A DNA stretch of 64,000 bases from an uncultured Zetaproteobacteria bacterium (lineage in GTDB: Bacteria; Pseudomonadota; Zetaproteobacteria; Mariprofundales; Mariprofundaceae). Positions 8,914 to 17,692 of this stretch are shown in pieces. The notes beneath the pieces are model-generated. The model was given only the letters and a program-made list of their open reading frames with translations, had not been told where the DNA came from and did not search any database. Position numbers and translations under genes: made by a program. The stretch is from NCBI GenBank assembly GCA_964596375.1, contig CAZQTO010000001.1:916-64915 (forward strand). Direction: 5' to 3'. How positions within the stretch are numbered: position 1 is the first letter of the stretch; each line of letters opens with the position of its first letter.

Positions 8914-9981
8914 ATGGTTAAGTTTGGCATAGGTTGTTTTGTCTTCGGTTTCAAAACACCCGTTGAGACTTCCTTAGCAGAATATAAGGACAAGCTTAAG
9001 GAGGCCTTGGAAAGAATCTCAAACATTAGTGCTGTTGATATTACAATTTCCAGTGATTATCCGATTGTTTGGGATGAGCGGGTTGAGCCGATAAACGACT
9101 CTGGAATCGGGATGAACCTTTCTGATATCAATATTACTTTCAGCTTGCATATTCCATTTAGGGTTCAAAAGGAATTATTCGATAGGCCGCTTAATTGTGG
9201 TGTGGAAGACTTTGTTGTTGAAATTGAGTATGGATTCCATGGCCCATTTACAACAATTGTTCCCGTCGGATGTGGGGCAGATAGTAAACCATCCGATGCT
9301 GTTATTTGTGTCAGGGAGTTTCTGCGAAAGAATTTTTCTGATGACCTTCTTAGGTTTGAGAACCTAGGTCCATCCCCATTTCACGCAAACTTTGTGCTTT
9401 CCCCTGGAAATGATGATGCACAAGAAAATTTAGTGGCAGATGTAAGAAAAAAGAAAGGGTATGATGAAATACGATTTCTATATCCACCATCGGGAAACAG
9501 TGAAGATGCCTTTTCTGAAGTATTGTATGAACTTTCTAGTGAGTTGAGCCTATTCTACAACCAAGAGGCTCATAGATCTTATTCTTATCAACAATGGGAT
9601 GAGTTGCAGAAAAGAATCGACAGTTACTTATCTATTCCTCCCAAGGGGTTCGTAATGGAGTCAATTAGGAATCTAAAGGACCGTCACACCATTGATGCCT
9701 TAATAGTTGACCTCGCAAAGTTTAAATTTGAAACAATCCAATATTCATCTTACATCCAGATGACAATGGGCAATATATATGACGGTGGTGCGTATAAAGG
9801 GTATCTGAAATTATACAATGAAGGAATACGGCCAATCATGGAATATCATCCTGATGACGTAGTTGCGACTCTTAAGTTTATATCTGAACGAAGAAACAAA
9901 AGCTATGAAATTCTTATCGGACTGCTTTCAGGTCTGTGCGGAGGAATAATAGGGTCACTCCTGATGATTTTATCTAGCTAG
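8914..9981 (+). CDS. AT-rich orphan protein with a single C-terminal transmembrane helix
   Basis: Start chosen at ATG 8914 (GGGAG 6 nt upstream); the ORF is open from 8893. 355 aa, no recognisable domain. C-terminus ILIGLLSGLCGGIIGSLLMILSS. Spot G+C of 60-nt lines ranged 27-52%. Confidence 0.55.
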   Translation: MVKFGIGCFVFGFKTPVETSLAEYKDKLKEALERISNISAVDITISSDYPIVWDERVEPINDSGIGMNLSDINITFSLHIPFRVQKELFDRPLNCGVEDFVVEIEYGFHGPFTTIVPVGCGADSKPSDAVICVREFLRKNFSDDLLRFENLGPSPFHANFVLSPGNDDAQENLVADVRKKKGYDEIRFLYPPSGNSEDAFSEVLYELSSELSLFYNQEAHRSYSYQQWDELQKRIDSYLSIPPKGFVMESIRNLKDRHTIDALIVDLAKFKFETIQYSSYIQMTMGNIYDGGAYKGYLKLYNEGIRPIMEYHPDDVVATLKFISERRNKSYEILIGLLSGLCGGIIGSLLMILSS

Positions 9982-10047
9982 CTTTCTACCATTTCATAGC
10001 ATCTCGAATAGCCAGATTGCGGTGAAAGGGTACTAAATGATCAAACA

Positions 10048-10076
10048 ACAAAGGGCGGCCATCAGCCGCCCTTTTG
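10048..10076. terminator. palindromic hairpin, family copy 3, between convergent genes (ettA terminator)
   Basis: CAAAGGGCGGC-CATCA-GCCGCCCTTTTG, between the stop at 9979-9981 (+) and the ettA stop at 10092-10094 (-). Confidence 0.75.
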
Positions 10077-10091
10077 GTCGATGCTTGGCGC

Positions 10092-11762
10092 TTAGGCCAG
10101 CTTTTTGTATTTGATGCGGTGGGGCTGGGTGGCATCTTCACCAAGGCGCTTCTTCTTGTCTTCCTCGTAGTCGGCGAAGTTGCCCTCGAACCATTCAACA
10201 TGGCCCTCGCCCTCGAAGGCCAAAATATGCGTGGCAATGCGGTCGAGGAACCAGCGATCATGTGAGATGACCACGGTGCAGCCTGCGAAATCGAGCAGTG
10301 CTTCTTCCAGCGCGCGCAGGGTTTCGACATCCAGATCGTTGGTCGGCTCATCGAGTAGAAGCACGTTGCCGCCGCTCATCAGCATCTTGGCCAGATGCAC
10401 TCGGTTGCGCTCACCACCCGAGAGTGCCTTGACCTGTTTCTGCTGGTCGCCGCCCTTGAAGTTGAAGCGGCCGCAATAGGCCCGGCTGGAAACCTCGATC
10501 TTGCCCAGGTAAATCGAATCCGATCCGCCGGAAATTTCCTGCCAGACACTGTTGTCACCGTTGAGCGCATCGCGCGACTGATCGACATAGGAGAACTGCA
10601 CGGTTTCGCCGATAGTCAGGGTGCCGCTATCCGGTTTTTCCTGCCCGGTGAGCATGCGAAACAGCGTAGTCTTACCCGCGCCGTTTGCACCGATAATGCC
10701 GACAATGCCGCCACGTGGCAGATTGAAGGTGAGATTCTCCACCAGCATGCGATCGCCGAAGGATTTGCAGACGCCATCGGCCTTCACCACGATATCGCCC
10801 AGCCGTTCACCGGCGGGAATGAATATCTGCTTGGTGGCATTGCGCTCCTGCACATCCTTGTTGGCCAGATCGTCGAAGGCCTTCAGACGGGCCTTGGATT
10901 TGGCATGCCGCCCCTTGGTGCCGGCGCGCACCCATTCCAGTTCCTGCTGCATGGCCTTCTGGCGTGCGGTTTCCTGTTTCTCCTCGACAGCCAGACGCTT
11001 TTCCTTCTGCTCCAGCCACGAAGAGTAATTGCCCTCCCAAGGGATGCCCCGGCCGCGATCCAATTCAAGAATCCAGCCTGCCACATTATCCAGAAAGTAA
11101 CGGTCATGGGTGACGGCGACCACGGTGCCCTTGTAGTCGTGCAGGAAACGCTCCAGCCAGCCTACCGATTCGGCATCGAGATGGTTGGTCGGCTCATCAA
11201 GCAGCAGCATATCCGGGCTTGATAGCAGCAGGCGGCACAGGGCTACGCGGCGGCGTTCGCCACCGGATAGCTTGCTTACATCTGCATTCCAGTCGGGCAG
11301 ACGCAGGGCATCGGCGGCGATTTCCAGTTTACGCTCCAGATCCCAGGCATCGGCGGCGTCGATTGCGTCCTGCAGCTTGCCCTGTTCTTCAAGCAGCTTG
11401 TCAAAATCAGCATCAGGGTCGGAGAATTTCTCGCTGATGGCGTTGAACTTGTCGAGCAGGTCTTTGGTTGCGGCCACGCCTTCTTCGACATTGCCACGCA
11501 CATCTTTATTCGGATCAAGCTCCGGCTCCTGCGACAGAAAGCCGATGCGAATGCCGGGGGCAGGGCGTGCTTCGCCGACAATATCCTCATCCAGCCCCGC
11601 CATGATGCGCAGGAGCGTGGATTTACCCGCGCCGTTTAAGCCCAGCACGCCAATCTTGGCGCCGGGGAAAAAGGAGAGATAGATATCCTTGAGGATTTCA
11701 CGCTTGCCGGCGACGGTCTTGCCGACGCCCTGCATGGTGTAGATATACTGATAATCGGCCAT
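10092..11762 (-). CDS. ettA: energy-dependent translational throttle ABC-F ATPase EttA
   Basis: Two ABC cassettes with Walker [10 protein letters not shown] and GANGAGKTT, and signatures LSGGERRR and LSGGERNR. N-terminus [15 protein letters not shown] is typical of EttA. 556 aa. Confidence 0.95.
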   Translation of the reverse strand: MADYQYIYTMQGVGKTVAGKREILKDIYLSFFPGAKIGVLGLNGAGKSTLLRIMAGLDEDIVGEARPAPGIRIGFLSQEPELDPNKDVRGNVEEGVAATKDLLDKFNAISEKFSDPDADFDKLLEEQGKLQDAIDAADAWDLERKLEIAADALRLPDWNADVSKLSGGERRRVALCRLLLSSPDMLLLDEPTNHLDAESVGWLERFLHDYKGTVVAVTHDRYFLDNVAGWILELDRGRGIPWEGNYSSWLEQKEKRLAVEEKQETARQKAMQQELEWVRAGTKGRHAKSKARLKAFDDLANKDVQERNATKQIFIPAGERLGDIVVKADGVCKSFGDRMLVENLTFNLPRGGIVGIIGANGAGKTTLFRMLTGQEKPDSGTLTIGETVQFSYVDQSRDALNGDNSVWQEISGGSDSIYLGKIEVSSRAYCGRFNFKGGDQQKQVKALSGGERNRVHLAKMLMSGGNVLLLDEPTNDLDVETLRALEEALLDFAGCTVVISHDRWFLDRIATHILAFEGEGHVEWFEGNFADYEEDKKKRLGEDATQPHRIKYKKLA

Positions 11763-11966
11763 GGTTCACTCCGGATGTGTAAATAGGGCTGCGCAGGATA
11801 ACAGAATGCCCGCAGGCGAACAGCGGGGCAGGCGTTGCTGCATAGCTATGAAGAAAGAGAATCTAAACGACACGGACACTGCAGGAACATCCGGTATCGG
11901 GCGAGCGCTTGGCAAACATGCTACAATGAACCTGTGCATCAAGGACGAAACGTGGGGGGGAATGGT

Positions 11967-12170
11967 GTGATTCCTGTAGAGAAGATACGAAGACGCGCGA
12001 AAGAAATCGGCCTCCCCGATTTTGAAAATATGGAGAAAGGAGACCTCATCAGGGCTATTCAACAAAGGGAGGGCCATGATGCCTGTTTTGATGCTCCCTG
12101 GTGCAATCTGTGTACACGCGAGGATTGTGCATGGAGGGAAGATTGCCGCTCCGTTGGCATCGGTTTTTAG
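11967..12170 (+). CDS. small protein with Rho_N/SAP-like N-terminus and Cys-rich tail
   Basis: GTG 11967 preceded by a G-rich RBS. Translation (M)IPVEKIRRRAKEIGLPDFENMEKGDLIRAIQQ then CFDAPWCNLCTREDCAWREDC. 67 aa. Confidence 0.4.
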   Translation: MIPVEKIRRRAKEIGLPDFENMEKGDLIRAIQQREGHDACFDAPWCNLCTREDCAWREDCRSVGIGF

Positions 12171-12378
12171 CCCGATGGAAGTCTTGTGATGTATTTGAGC
12201 TGCTCTTTCAGCCATGCCGTGGCCTGGTTCTTTTCACCCTTCAGTAAGCGAACAAATTCTTATGCAAGTATTTCACCCTGTCTGGTCAGCAGTCTCCAGG
12301 CAGCCAAAGTGTCCCCCCGGATGTGCCCATATGGTTGCTGATTGTCTGCAATGAAACATCGAACCGAGGAACCAGGCT

Positions 12379-13467
12379 TTAGCGTCTCTTAACGGGCGCA
12401 GGGATATCGTCTTTCCCGCATCCCTCGATGTACAGCACTTGGGTTGGGTAGGCGAAGTCGATGCCTTCATCCTCGAAGCGTTCGTGAATCAGGAAATTAA
12501 TCGCCTGCTGGATATCCATGTACAGGTTGTAATCCGGACCGTATATATAATAAACCGTCTCGAAGTTTAGCGAGTAACTGCCGTATTCCTTGAAATGGGA
12601 GCGATCGAAGCGGACCTTGTCCCCCTGTGCTTCGATGGCCTCGCGCAGAATCAGGGGAATCTTCTTCAACTTGTCACGCGGGGTTTGGTAGACCACGCCG
12701 ATCTGGAACAGCACTCGACGCTCATACATGCGGCCAAAATTGCGCAGGCGGCTTTTGAGAAGGTCCGAATTGGAAAACACCAGTTGCTCGCCGGACAGGC
12801 TGCGCAGGCGTGTGGTTTTTAAGCCTACATACTCGACGCTGCCAAGGTGTTCGTCGACAATAAGAAAGTCGCCGATGGCAAAGGGTTTGTCGAGCACGAT
12901 GGACAGCGCGGCCAGAAGGTCGCCGAGGATGTTCTGTACTGCAAGTGCTATGGCGATGCCGCCGATGCCGAGGCCGGCGACGAGTGCTGTGATGTCGATA
13001 CCGATATTGTCCAGGGTCAGCAGAAGGACCACCGACCACAGCACAAGCTTGCCGACAAAGCCGATGGCATTGATGGTGGTGACACTCGCCGGGTTTTCGC
13101 TTATCTGCTTGTCGCGGTAACGCGCTATCGCCCCGTTGGCTGCAACCGTGGCCCACAGGCCGCATTGAATGAACAGTGCAATGACCACGATGCTGACGAA
13201 GATGTGGTCAGGGCGGGCGGGAAGATCAACAAAGCGTGAACCGGCATAGAGACTGAGAATGAGAAGAAATGACGGCCTGGTATGGGCGAGTACTTCAATC
13301 AGGTCGCTGGCCATCTGGTTTTCCTGAGATGCAGCGGTTTTGGAGAGCCTTCCTCTGGCCTGTCTTTTAATCACGACCAGCACCAGTGCTGCAGCAAGCG
13401 AAACGCCCAGTGCTATCAGCCAGGTAAGCACGCTGTTGTGCAGGATGATGACATCAAGAAATTGCAT
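12379..13467 (-). CDS. mechanosensitive ion channel (MscS family)
   Basis: TM helices followed by the conserved block LAVQNILGDLLAALSIVLDKPFAIGDFLIVDEHLGSVEYVGLKTTRLRSLSGEQLVFSNSDL. Start at 13467 favoured (AGAGGAG upstream); the ORF is open to 13488. Confidence 0.85.
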   Translation of the reverse strand: MQFLDVIILHNSVLTWLIALGVSLAAALVLVVIKRQARGRLSKTAASQENQMASDLIEVLAHTRPSFLLILSLYAGSRFVDLPARPDHIFVSIVVIALFIQCGLWATVAANGAIARYRDKQISENPASVTTINAIGFVGKLVLWSVVLLLTLDNIGIDITALVAGLGIGGIAIALAVQNILGDLLAALSIVLDKPFAIGDFLIVDEHLGSVEYVGLKTTRLRSLSGEQLVFSNSDLLKSRLRNFGRMYERRVLFQIGVVYQTPRDKLKKIPLILREAIEAQGDKVRFDRSHFKEYGSYSLNFETVYYIYGPDYNLYMDIQQAINFLIHERFEDEGIDFAYPTQVLYIEGCGKDDIPAPVKRR

Positions 13468-13620
13468 CGAATTGACTCCTCTTTCCATTCAACGGCATTG
13501 CTGCAGGCAGACAGGAAAAACCACCTTATAAATAAATGCGCATGATTTCCAGTTGTATCTAACAGCTGTGGCTATGGATAAAGATTGATAATTACTTACC
13601 TTACAAATCTGTCACAGGCA

Positions 13621-13655
13621 AAGAAAAAGGGCTCGCAGTGATTTGCTGCGAGCCC
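13621..13655 (-). terminator. rho-independent terminator after tRNA-fMet
   Basis: Minus strand reads GGGCTCGCAG-CAAATCA-CTGCGAGCCC followed by TTTTTCTT. Confidence 0.8.
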
Positions 13656-13665
13656 TTTGTTTGTT

Positions 13666-13740
<75 letters not shown>

Positions 13741-13802
13741 TCAGGGAGGCCGAACATTAGTCACTGATGACTTACTGTCAAGCCCCGGAAGGAGGGCAGC
13801 GA

Positions 13803-14486
13803 CTAGAAGTCTTCGATTCTTTGAGCCAGTGCGGAAACGTCGACTTTAACGCGTCCGCGACCGACCAGCGGGATGATAACGCCGTCTTTGGTCAGCGCGC
13901 TGATGGAGCGCGAAATAGTTTCGCGGCTGGTGGAAAGCTGGTCGGCAACAAGTTGATGCGTTGGCAGTTTGATTTCAATGCGCCCGTCCGGCCGCAGGTT
14001 GCCGAACTGTTCACAGTAATCATTAAGGTAGGCATACAGGCGGTGGTTCACGTCCATGGTACTGATATGCCCCAACACCAGATTGGTGCGGCGCAGGCGG
14101 CGGGTAATCTCGGCCAATAATTTACTGGTCAGGCGGGGCATTTCCAGCATCAGGCGGGCGAAATCCCTGCGCCGGATGAAACCGAGTTCAGATTCTTCCA
14201 TGGTGGTGACGGTGGCAGAACGCGGTTCGGTGTCGAGCAGGGCCATTTCACCGAAGAATGAGCCTTTTTCCAGCAGGCAGAGGACGACTTCACGTCCGTC
14301 GGCGGCATATTGCGATATTTTGACCGAGCCACTGAGAATAACGGCCATGGTGTCGCCGGATTCGCCTTCTTGAACGACAATGGTGTTTTTACCGACATGT
14401 TTGCTGGTCACTAGTGTGCTGATAGCCGTGAGCTCTGCGTCGTCGAGTTCGGAAAATAATGGGACTGAGCTGATGATTTCCTTCAT
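13803..14486 (-). CDS. Crp/Fnr-family transcriptional regulator
   Basis: cNMP-binding domain (VPLFSELDDAEL...GSFFGEMALLD...RSATV) plus C-terminal HTH (THQLVADQLSTSRETISRSISAL). 227 aa. Confidence 0.85.
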   Translation of the reverse strand: MKEIISSVPLFSELDDAELTAISTLVTSKHVGKNTIVVQEGESGDTMAVILSGSVKISQYAADGREVVLCLLEKGSFFGEMALLDTEPRSATVTTMEESELGFIRRRDFARLMLEMPRLTSKLLAEITRRLRRTNLVLGHISTMDVNHRLYAYLNDYCEQFGNLRPDGRIEIKLPTHQLVADQLSTSRETISRSISALTKDGVIIPLVGRGRVKVDVSALAQRIEDF

Positions 14487-14809
14487 GCATTTACCCCCTG
14501 TTTACGCATCACAGAAACCGGCCATGTGGCCAGCAGGCGATTGCCGATAAGTGGCCTGATCATACCAACGGCCCGCTCGATCTTGGCCTGTGAATCAATG
14601 GCCTCGACAATCAGCGGCAAATCACTTGAAAGCGATAGAAATGAACTGGTGTGTATGCCGTGCAGGCCCAGGCCTTCGATACCGCGGGTGACGGTGACGC
14701 CCGTTAGACCTGCTTCATGGCATATCTCAAGTACAGCCTGCATGGCCGGCTCGCCATTGAGCCGATCCGATTCGCTCAGGTAAATGCGCAAAAACAGGGC
14801 GTCCTGCAT
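14483..14809 (-). CDS. DUF190 (PII-like) domain protein
   Basis: Start at ATG 14809 with GGAGG 5 nt upstream. MQDALFLRIYLSESDRLNGEPAMQAVLEICHEAGLTGVTVTRGIEGLG is typical DUF190. Its stop overlaps the crp-family start (ATGA). The longer 164-aa ORF would run through tRNA-Leu. Confidence 0.7.
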   Translation of the reverse strand: MQDALFLRIYLSESDRLNGEPAMQAVLEICHEAGLTGVTVTRGIEGLGLHGIHTSSFLSLSSDLPLIVEAIDSQAKIERAVGMIRPLIGNRLLATWPVSVMRKQGVNA

Positions 14810-14839
14810 GTTTCCCTCCATGCTTGCCTGATCAGATGT

Positions 14840-14928
14840 TGGTACCGGGAACGGGAGTCGAACCCGTACAGAGATTTCTCTCCGAGGGATTTTAAGTCCC
14901 TTGTGTCTACCAATTCCACCATCCCGGC
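14840..14928 (-). tRNA. tRNA-Leu (anticodon TAA), long variable arm
   Basis: Reverse complement GCCGGGATGGTGGAATTGGTAGACACAAGGGACTTAAAATCCCTCGGAGAGAAATCTCTGTACGGGTTCGACTCCCGTTCCCGGTACCA. Confidence 0.9.
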
Positions 14929-15074
14929 CTTGTCTGGCGTGTGAATGATGCCAATGCAGACCGACAGGGCAAGTCAATTCGTGATGATTGACGAAAAAAC
15001 AGCTTGAGACAAGGAAATGTTGGCATGCAGAGGAAAGCAGGAGGGGATAAAGGGGCGGTGCAATGGGTGATAAG

Positions 15075-15149
15075 TGGAGGCAGGGGCGAGAATCGAACTC
15101 GCGAATAAAGGATTTGCAGTCCTCCGCCGTACCACTGAGCCACCCTGCC
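15075..15149 (-). tRNA. tRNA-Cys (anticodon GCA)
   Basis: Reverse complement GGCAGGGTGGCTCAGTGGTACGGCGGAGGACTGCAAATCCTTTATTCGCGAGTTCGATTCTCGCCCCTGCCTCCA. Confidence 0.9.
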
Positions 15150-15198
15150 GTGCGTTACCACTTGAAAAAGTGGGGGGCACAATGCCCCCCAACTTGTC

Positions 15199-15274
15199 TG
15201 GAGCGGGAAACCGGGTTCGAACCGGCGACCTCAACCTTGGCAAGGTTGCGCTCTACCAGCTGAGCTATTCCCGC
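15199..15274 (-). tRNA. tRNA-Gly (anticodon GCC)
   Basis: Reverse complement GCGGGAATAGCTCAGCTGGTAGAGCGCAACCTTGCCAAGGTTGAGGTCGCCGGTTCGAACCCGGTTTCCCGCTCCA. Confidence 0.9.
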
Positions 15275-15285
15275 GAAGGAGGCGA

Positions 15286-15313
15286 ATAATGCCAATCATC
15301 ATCCACCTGTCAA
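15286..15313 (-). promoter_or_regulatory. candidate sigma70 promoter of the tRNA Gly-Cys-Leu operon
   Basis: Minus strand TTGACA-16 nt-CATTAT followed by the GC-rich discriminator TCGCCTCC. The -10 element ends 11 nt before the tRNA-Gly 5' end. Confidence 0.45.
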
Positions 15314-15429
15314 GCAATGCAAATGGCCTTTTGTCATGCGCCTTGTGGCTTGCTATCCTGTTTCATTATTAGCGTCGGCCAAGGCTTTTTGGCAGAGAAT
15401 CATTCAAATTTGGAACACAGGAGCAGGGT

Positions 15430-16797
15430 TTGGACGAAAACATCACCCAACGCAAGATTTATGTGCTTGATACCAATGTGCTGATCCATGATCCGCATGC
15501 CCTGAGTCGTTTCGATGAACATGATGTGGTGCTGCCCATCGTGGTGCTGGAAGAGATGGACAAGGTGAAGCGTGGTTTTGATGAGCTGGCACGCAATGTG
15601 CGAGAGGCATCGCGGCAACTGGAGGAGCTGAGTAAGGATTGCGCCGACCTGAAAGATGGTTGCCCCTTGCCGGGCGGCGGCACGCTGATGTTTGAATTGA
15701 ACCATCGCGCGCTTGAGCTTCTTCCCGAGTCTCTGGCTCAAAGCAGCGGGGATAACCGTATCATTGCCGTCACCATGTCATTGCAGCAGGAAAATAAAGG
15801 TCGCGAGGTGATTCTGGTATCCAAGGATATCAATATGCGCATCAAGGCGCGTGCGCTCGGTCTGGTGACAGAGGATTACCGTTCTGACCAGGTTCATGAG
15901 GATATGGAGTTGTTGCCCCTCGGCTACGTCGAACTCAATGAGCAGACATGGGGAAATATGGCTGCCGATATGGAGGTTACCGATGGCCCGGAGGGGACGC
16001 ATTATCGTCTGCGTTGGCCGGAAGGTGTGATGGCTCCCTGTATCAATGGCTTTGTTATTTTGCCGGGAGAGAAGGGGAAGGTGTTGCGCTGTACGGCGAT
16101 TGACGAGGATGGCCGGATGCAATTTCACGATGTGCATTCCTTCCGTTCAGAGCGTAATGCCATATGGGGCATTCAGGCAAAGAACCCGGAACAGAATATG
16201 GCTATGAATCTGCTGATGGACCCGGGAATCGATATGGTCACCCTTTTAGGTAAGGCCGGGTCGGGAAAAACTCTTCTGGCACTTGCCTGCGGCCTGCATC
16301 AGACGCTTGATCTGAACGTATATGATCGCATTATCGTAACCCGGGCAACGGTGCCGATGGGTCAGGATATCGGGTTTCTTCCCGGTACGGAAAGGGAAAA
16401 GCTTGAACCATGGATGGGAGCAGTCAGCGATAATCTGACGCTATTGCTCGGCGATGATTTTCAGGGGCTGGGCGAGAGCCTGACACAATACAAGATGGAG
16501 ATTTCATCCCTGTCTTTTGCCCGTGGCCGGACCTATATGCGAACCTGGCTGATGGTGGACGAAGCGCAGAACCTGTCGCCGCATCAGATGAAAACCCTGA
16601 TTACGCGCATTGGCGAGGGTTCGAAAATCATCATCCTCGGAAACAATGCGCAGATCGATACGCCTTATCTGACTGCCTATACCAACGGCTTGTCGATGGC
16701 GGCCACGCGCTTTGCCACATGGGCTTATTCAGGCCATGTGACCCTCAGAGCCAGCGAACGTTCGCGCCTAGCCGCTTATGCGGCCGAGGTTATGTAG
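15430..16797 (+). CDS. PhoH-family ATPase with N-terminal PIN domain (YlaK/PhoH2-type)
   Basis: PIN-like YVLDTNVLIHDP...VVLEEMD, then Walker A LLGKAGSGKT and the PhoH C-terminal block. TTG start 6 nt after GGAG. Confidence 0.85.
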   Translation: MDENITQRKIYVLDTNVLIHDPHALSRFDEHDVVLPIVVLEEMDKVKRGFDELARNVREASRQLEELSKDCADLKDGCPLPGGGTLMFELNHRALELLPESLAQSSGDNRIIAVTMSLQQENKGREVILVSKDINMRIKARALGLVTEDYRSDQVHEDMELLPLGYVELNEQTWGNMAADMEVTDGPEGTHYRLRWPEGVMAPCINGFVILPGEKGKVLRCTAIDEDGRMQFHDVHSFRSERNAIWGIQAKNPEQNMAMNLLMDPGIDMVTLLGKAGSGKTLLALACGLHQTLDLNVYDRIIVTRATVPMGQDIGFLPGTEREKLEPWMGAVSDNLTLLLGDDFQGLGESLTQYKMEISSLSFARGRTYMRTWLMVDEAQNLSPHQMKTLITRIGEGSKIIILGNNAQIDTPYLTAYTNGLSMAATRFATWAYSGHVTLRASERSRLAAYAAEVM

Positions 16798-16874
16798 AAG
16801 CTCATACAGCAAAAGCGCTGCTTTCTTATATATAGAAGGCTTCCTGGGACTTCGCCCGGCTTAGTCCCCCATAA

Positions 16875-17564
16875 TTAGTTCCCCATAAAGGGCGGCATTG
16901 GTTCCAATGTTTGTGCCTGACCTGCTTCGCCAGCCGGAGCAGGTTCGCTTGGCAAGTCGGAAGATGGGACGGTCTCCGGGAGGGTTGCTTCACCGGCTGC
17001 TGGCTCTGAAGTTGGCATGGCGGGTTCTTCCATTGCACCGCTTGTTGCTTCAGGTGCGACGACTGGAGGGGTTGGCGGAGCCGCTTCTTCTGCAGGAGCG
17101 GGTGCAAATGCTTCCTCCAGCTGTGACTGATTTTCCGGAGCCGTGGTGCTTTGCATGTCCACCTCAGCCTTGACTGCAGTCGCGGGCATGCTCAAAGGCT
17201 TGAGCAGATGGTAGGCCTGATCGATTTTGCTGCGCGTAGCATCATCGGCCACGGTCGCTAATTGCTCAAGATCAAGAAGAATTCGTTTCAATTGGATTTG
17301 CACGCCGTCCATTTTATCGCTGATTACCTGTGACTCCACATCACCGATACGCGCCTCGATCTGGCCAAGCTTGCTATTCATCGCCTCAAACGGGTCGGCA
17401 TTCGATGCAGGCTGCCCCATCTGATTGGCAATCAGAGCCAGAGCTGCAATCAGCACGGCAAGACCGGATAGAACCATGGGTAGGAGGTTGTTGTTCCGAC
17501 CATTCTTTTCGACCTCGGTCTTCGCTTCGGGGGAGTTGCTGTTTTCGGCCTTGTTTGTGCTCAT
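16875..17564 (-). CDS. membrane-anchored coiled-coil protein with Pro/Ala/Glu-rich C-terminus
   Basis: Start ATG 17564 with GGAGG 7 nt upstream. One TM helix (LLPMVLSGLAVLIAALALIA), a heptad-like middle and a PAPAEEAAPPTPPVVAPE... tail. No family recognised. Confidence 0.5.
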   Translation of the reverse strand: MSTNKAENSNSPEAKTEVEKNGRNNNLLPMVLSGLAVLIAALALIANQMGQPASNADPFEAMNSKLGQIEARIGDVESQVISDKMDGVQIQLKRILLDLEQLATVADDATRSKIDQAYHLLKPLSMPATAVKAEVDMQSTTAPENQSQLEEAFAPAPAEEAAPPTPPVVAPEATSGAMEEPAMPTSEPAAGEATLPETVPSSDLPSEPAPAGEAGQAQTLEPMPPFMGN

Positions 17565-17692
17565 GCCATTGCCTCCTGTTCTACACACATCTGAGTCTTG
17601 TCCGGCTGGTTTCGGCCTTACTGTAGCACATGCGCCTTTTATGTGCAGGAAAAGTGCATAGGATGGCGCGTTTGTAATCGACGGGAGACTTC

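Noticed and set aside
7951-10076. Possible CRISPR array (repeated 25-29 nt palindromes)
   Set aside because: There are only three copies, spaced about 800 and 1240 bp apart with full-length genes between them. Each copy functions or looks like a terminator hairpin, and there are no cas genes.
10395-11222. 275-aa ORF on the + strand (plus several 70-165-aa ORFs nearby)
   Set aside because: It is antisense to or out of frame with ettA, and there is no independent support.
14810-14977. Upstream extension of the DUF190 ORF (164-aa version)
   Set aside because: It would read through tRNA-Leu (14840-14928). A GGAGG RBS precedes the internal ATG at 14809.
17589-17692. LexA (SOS) box upstream of uvrA, and between uvrA and ssb (20567-20650)
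   Set aside because: TACTGTAGCACATGCG begins like a CTGT-N8-ACAG box but lacks the ACAG half. Only a weak GCACAT...ATGTGC inverted repeat is present. I cannot support an operator.
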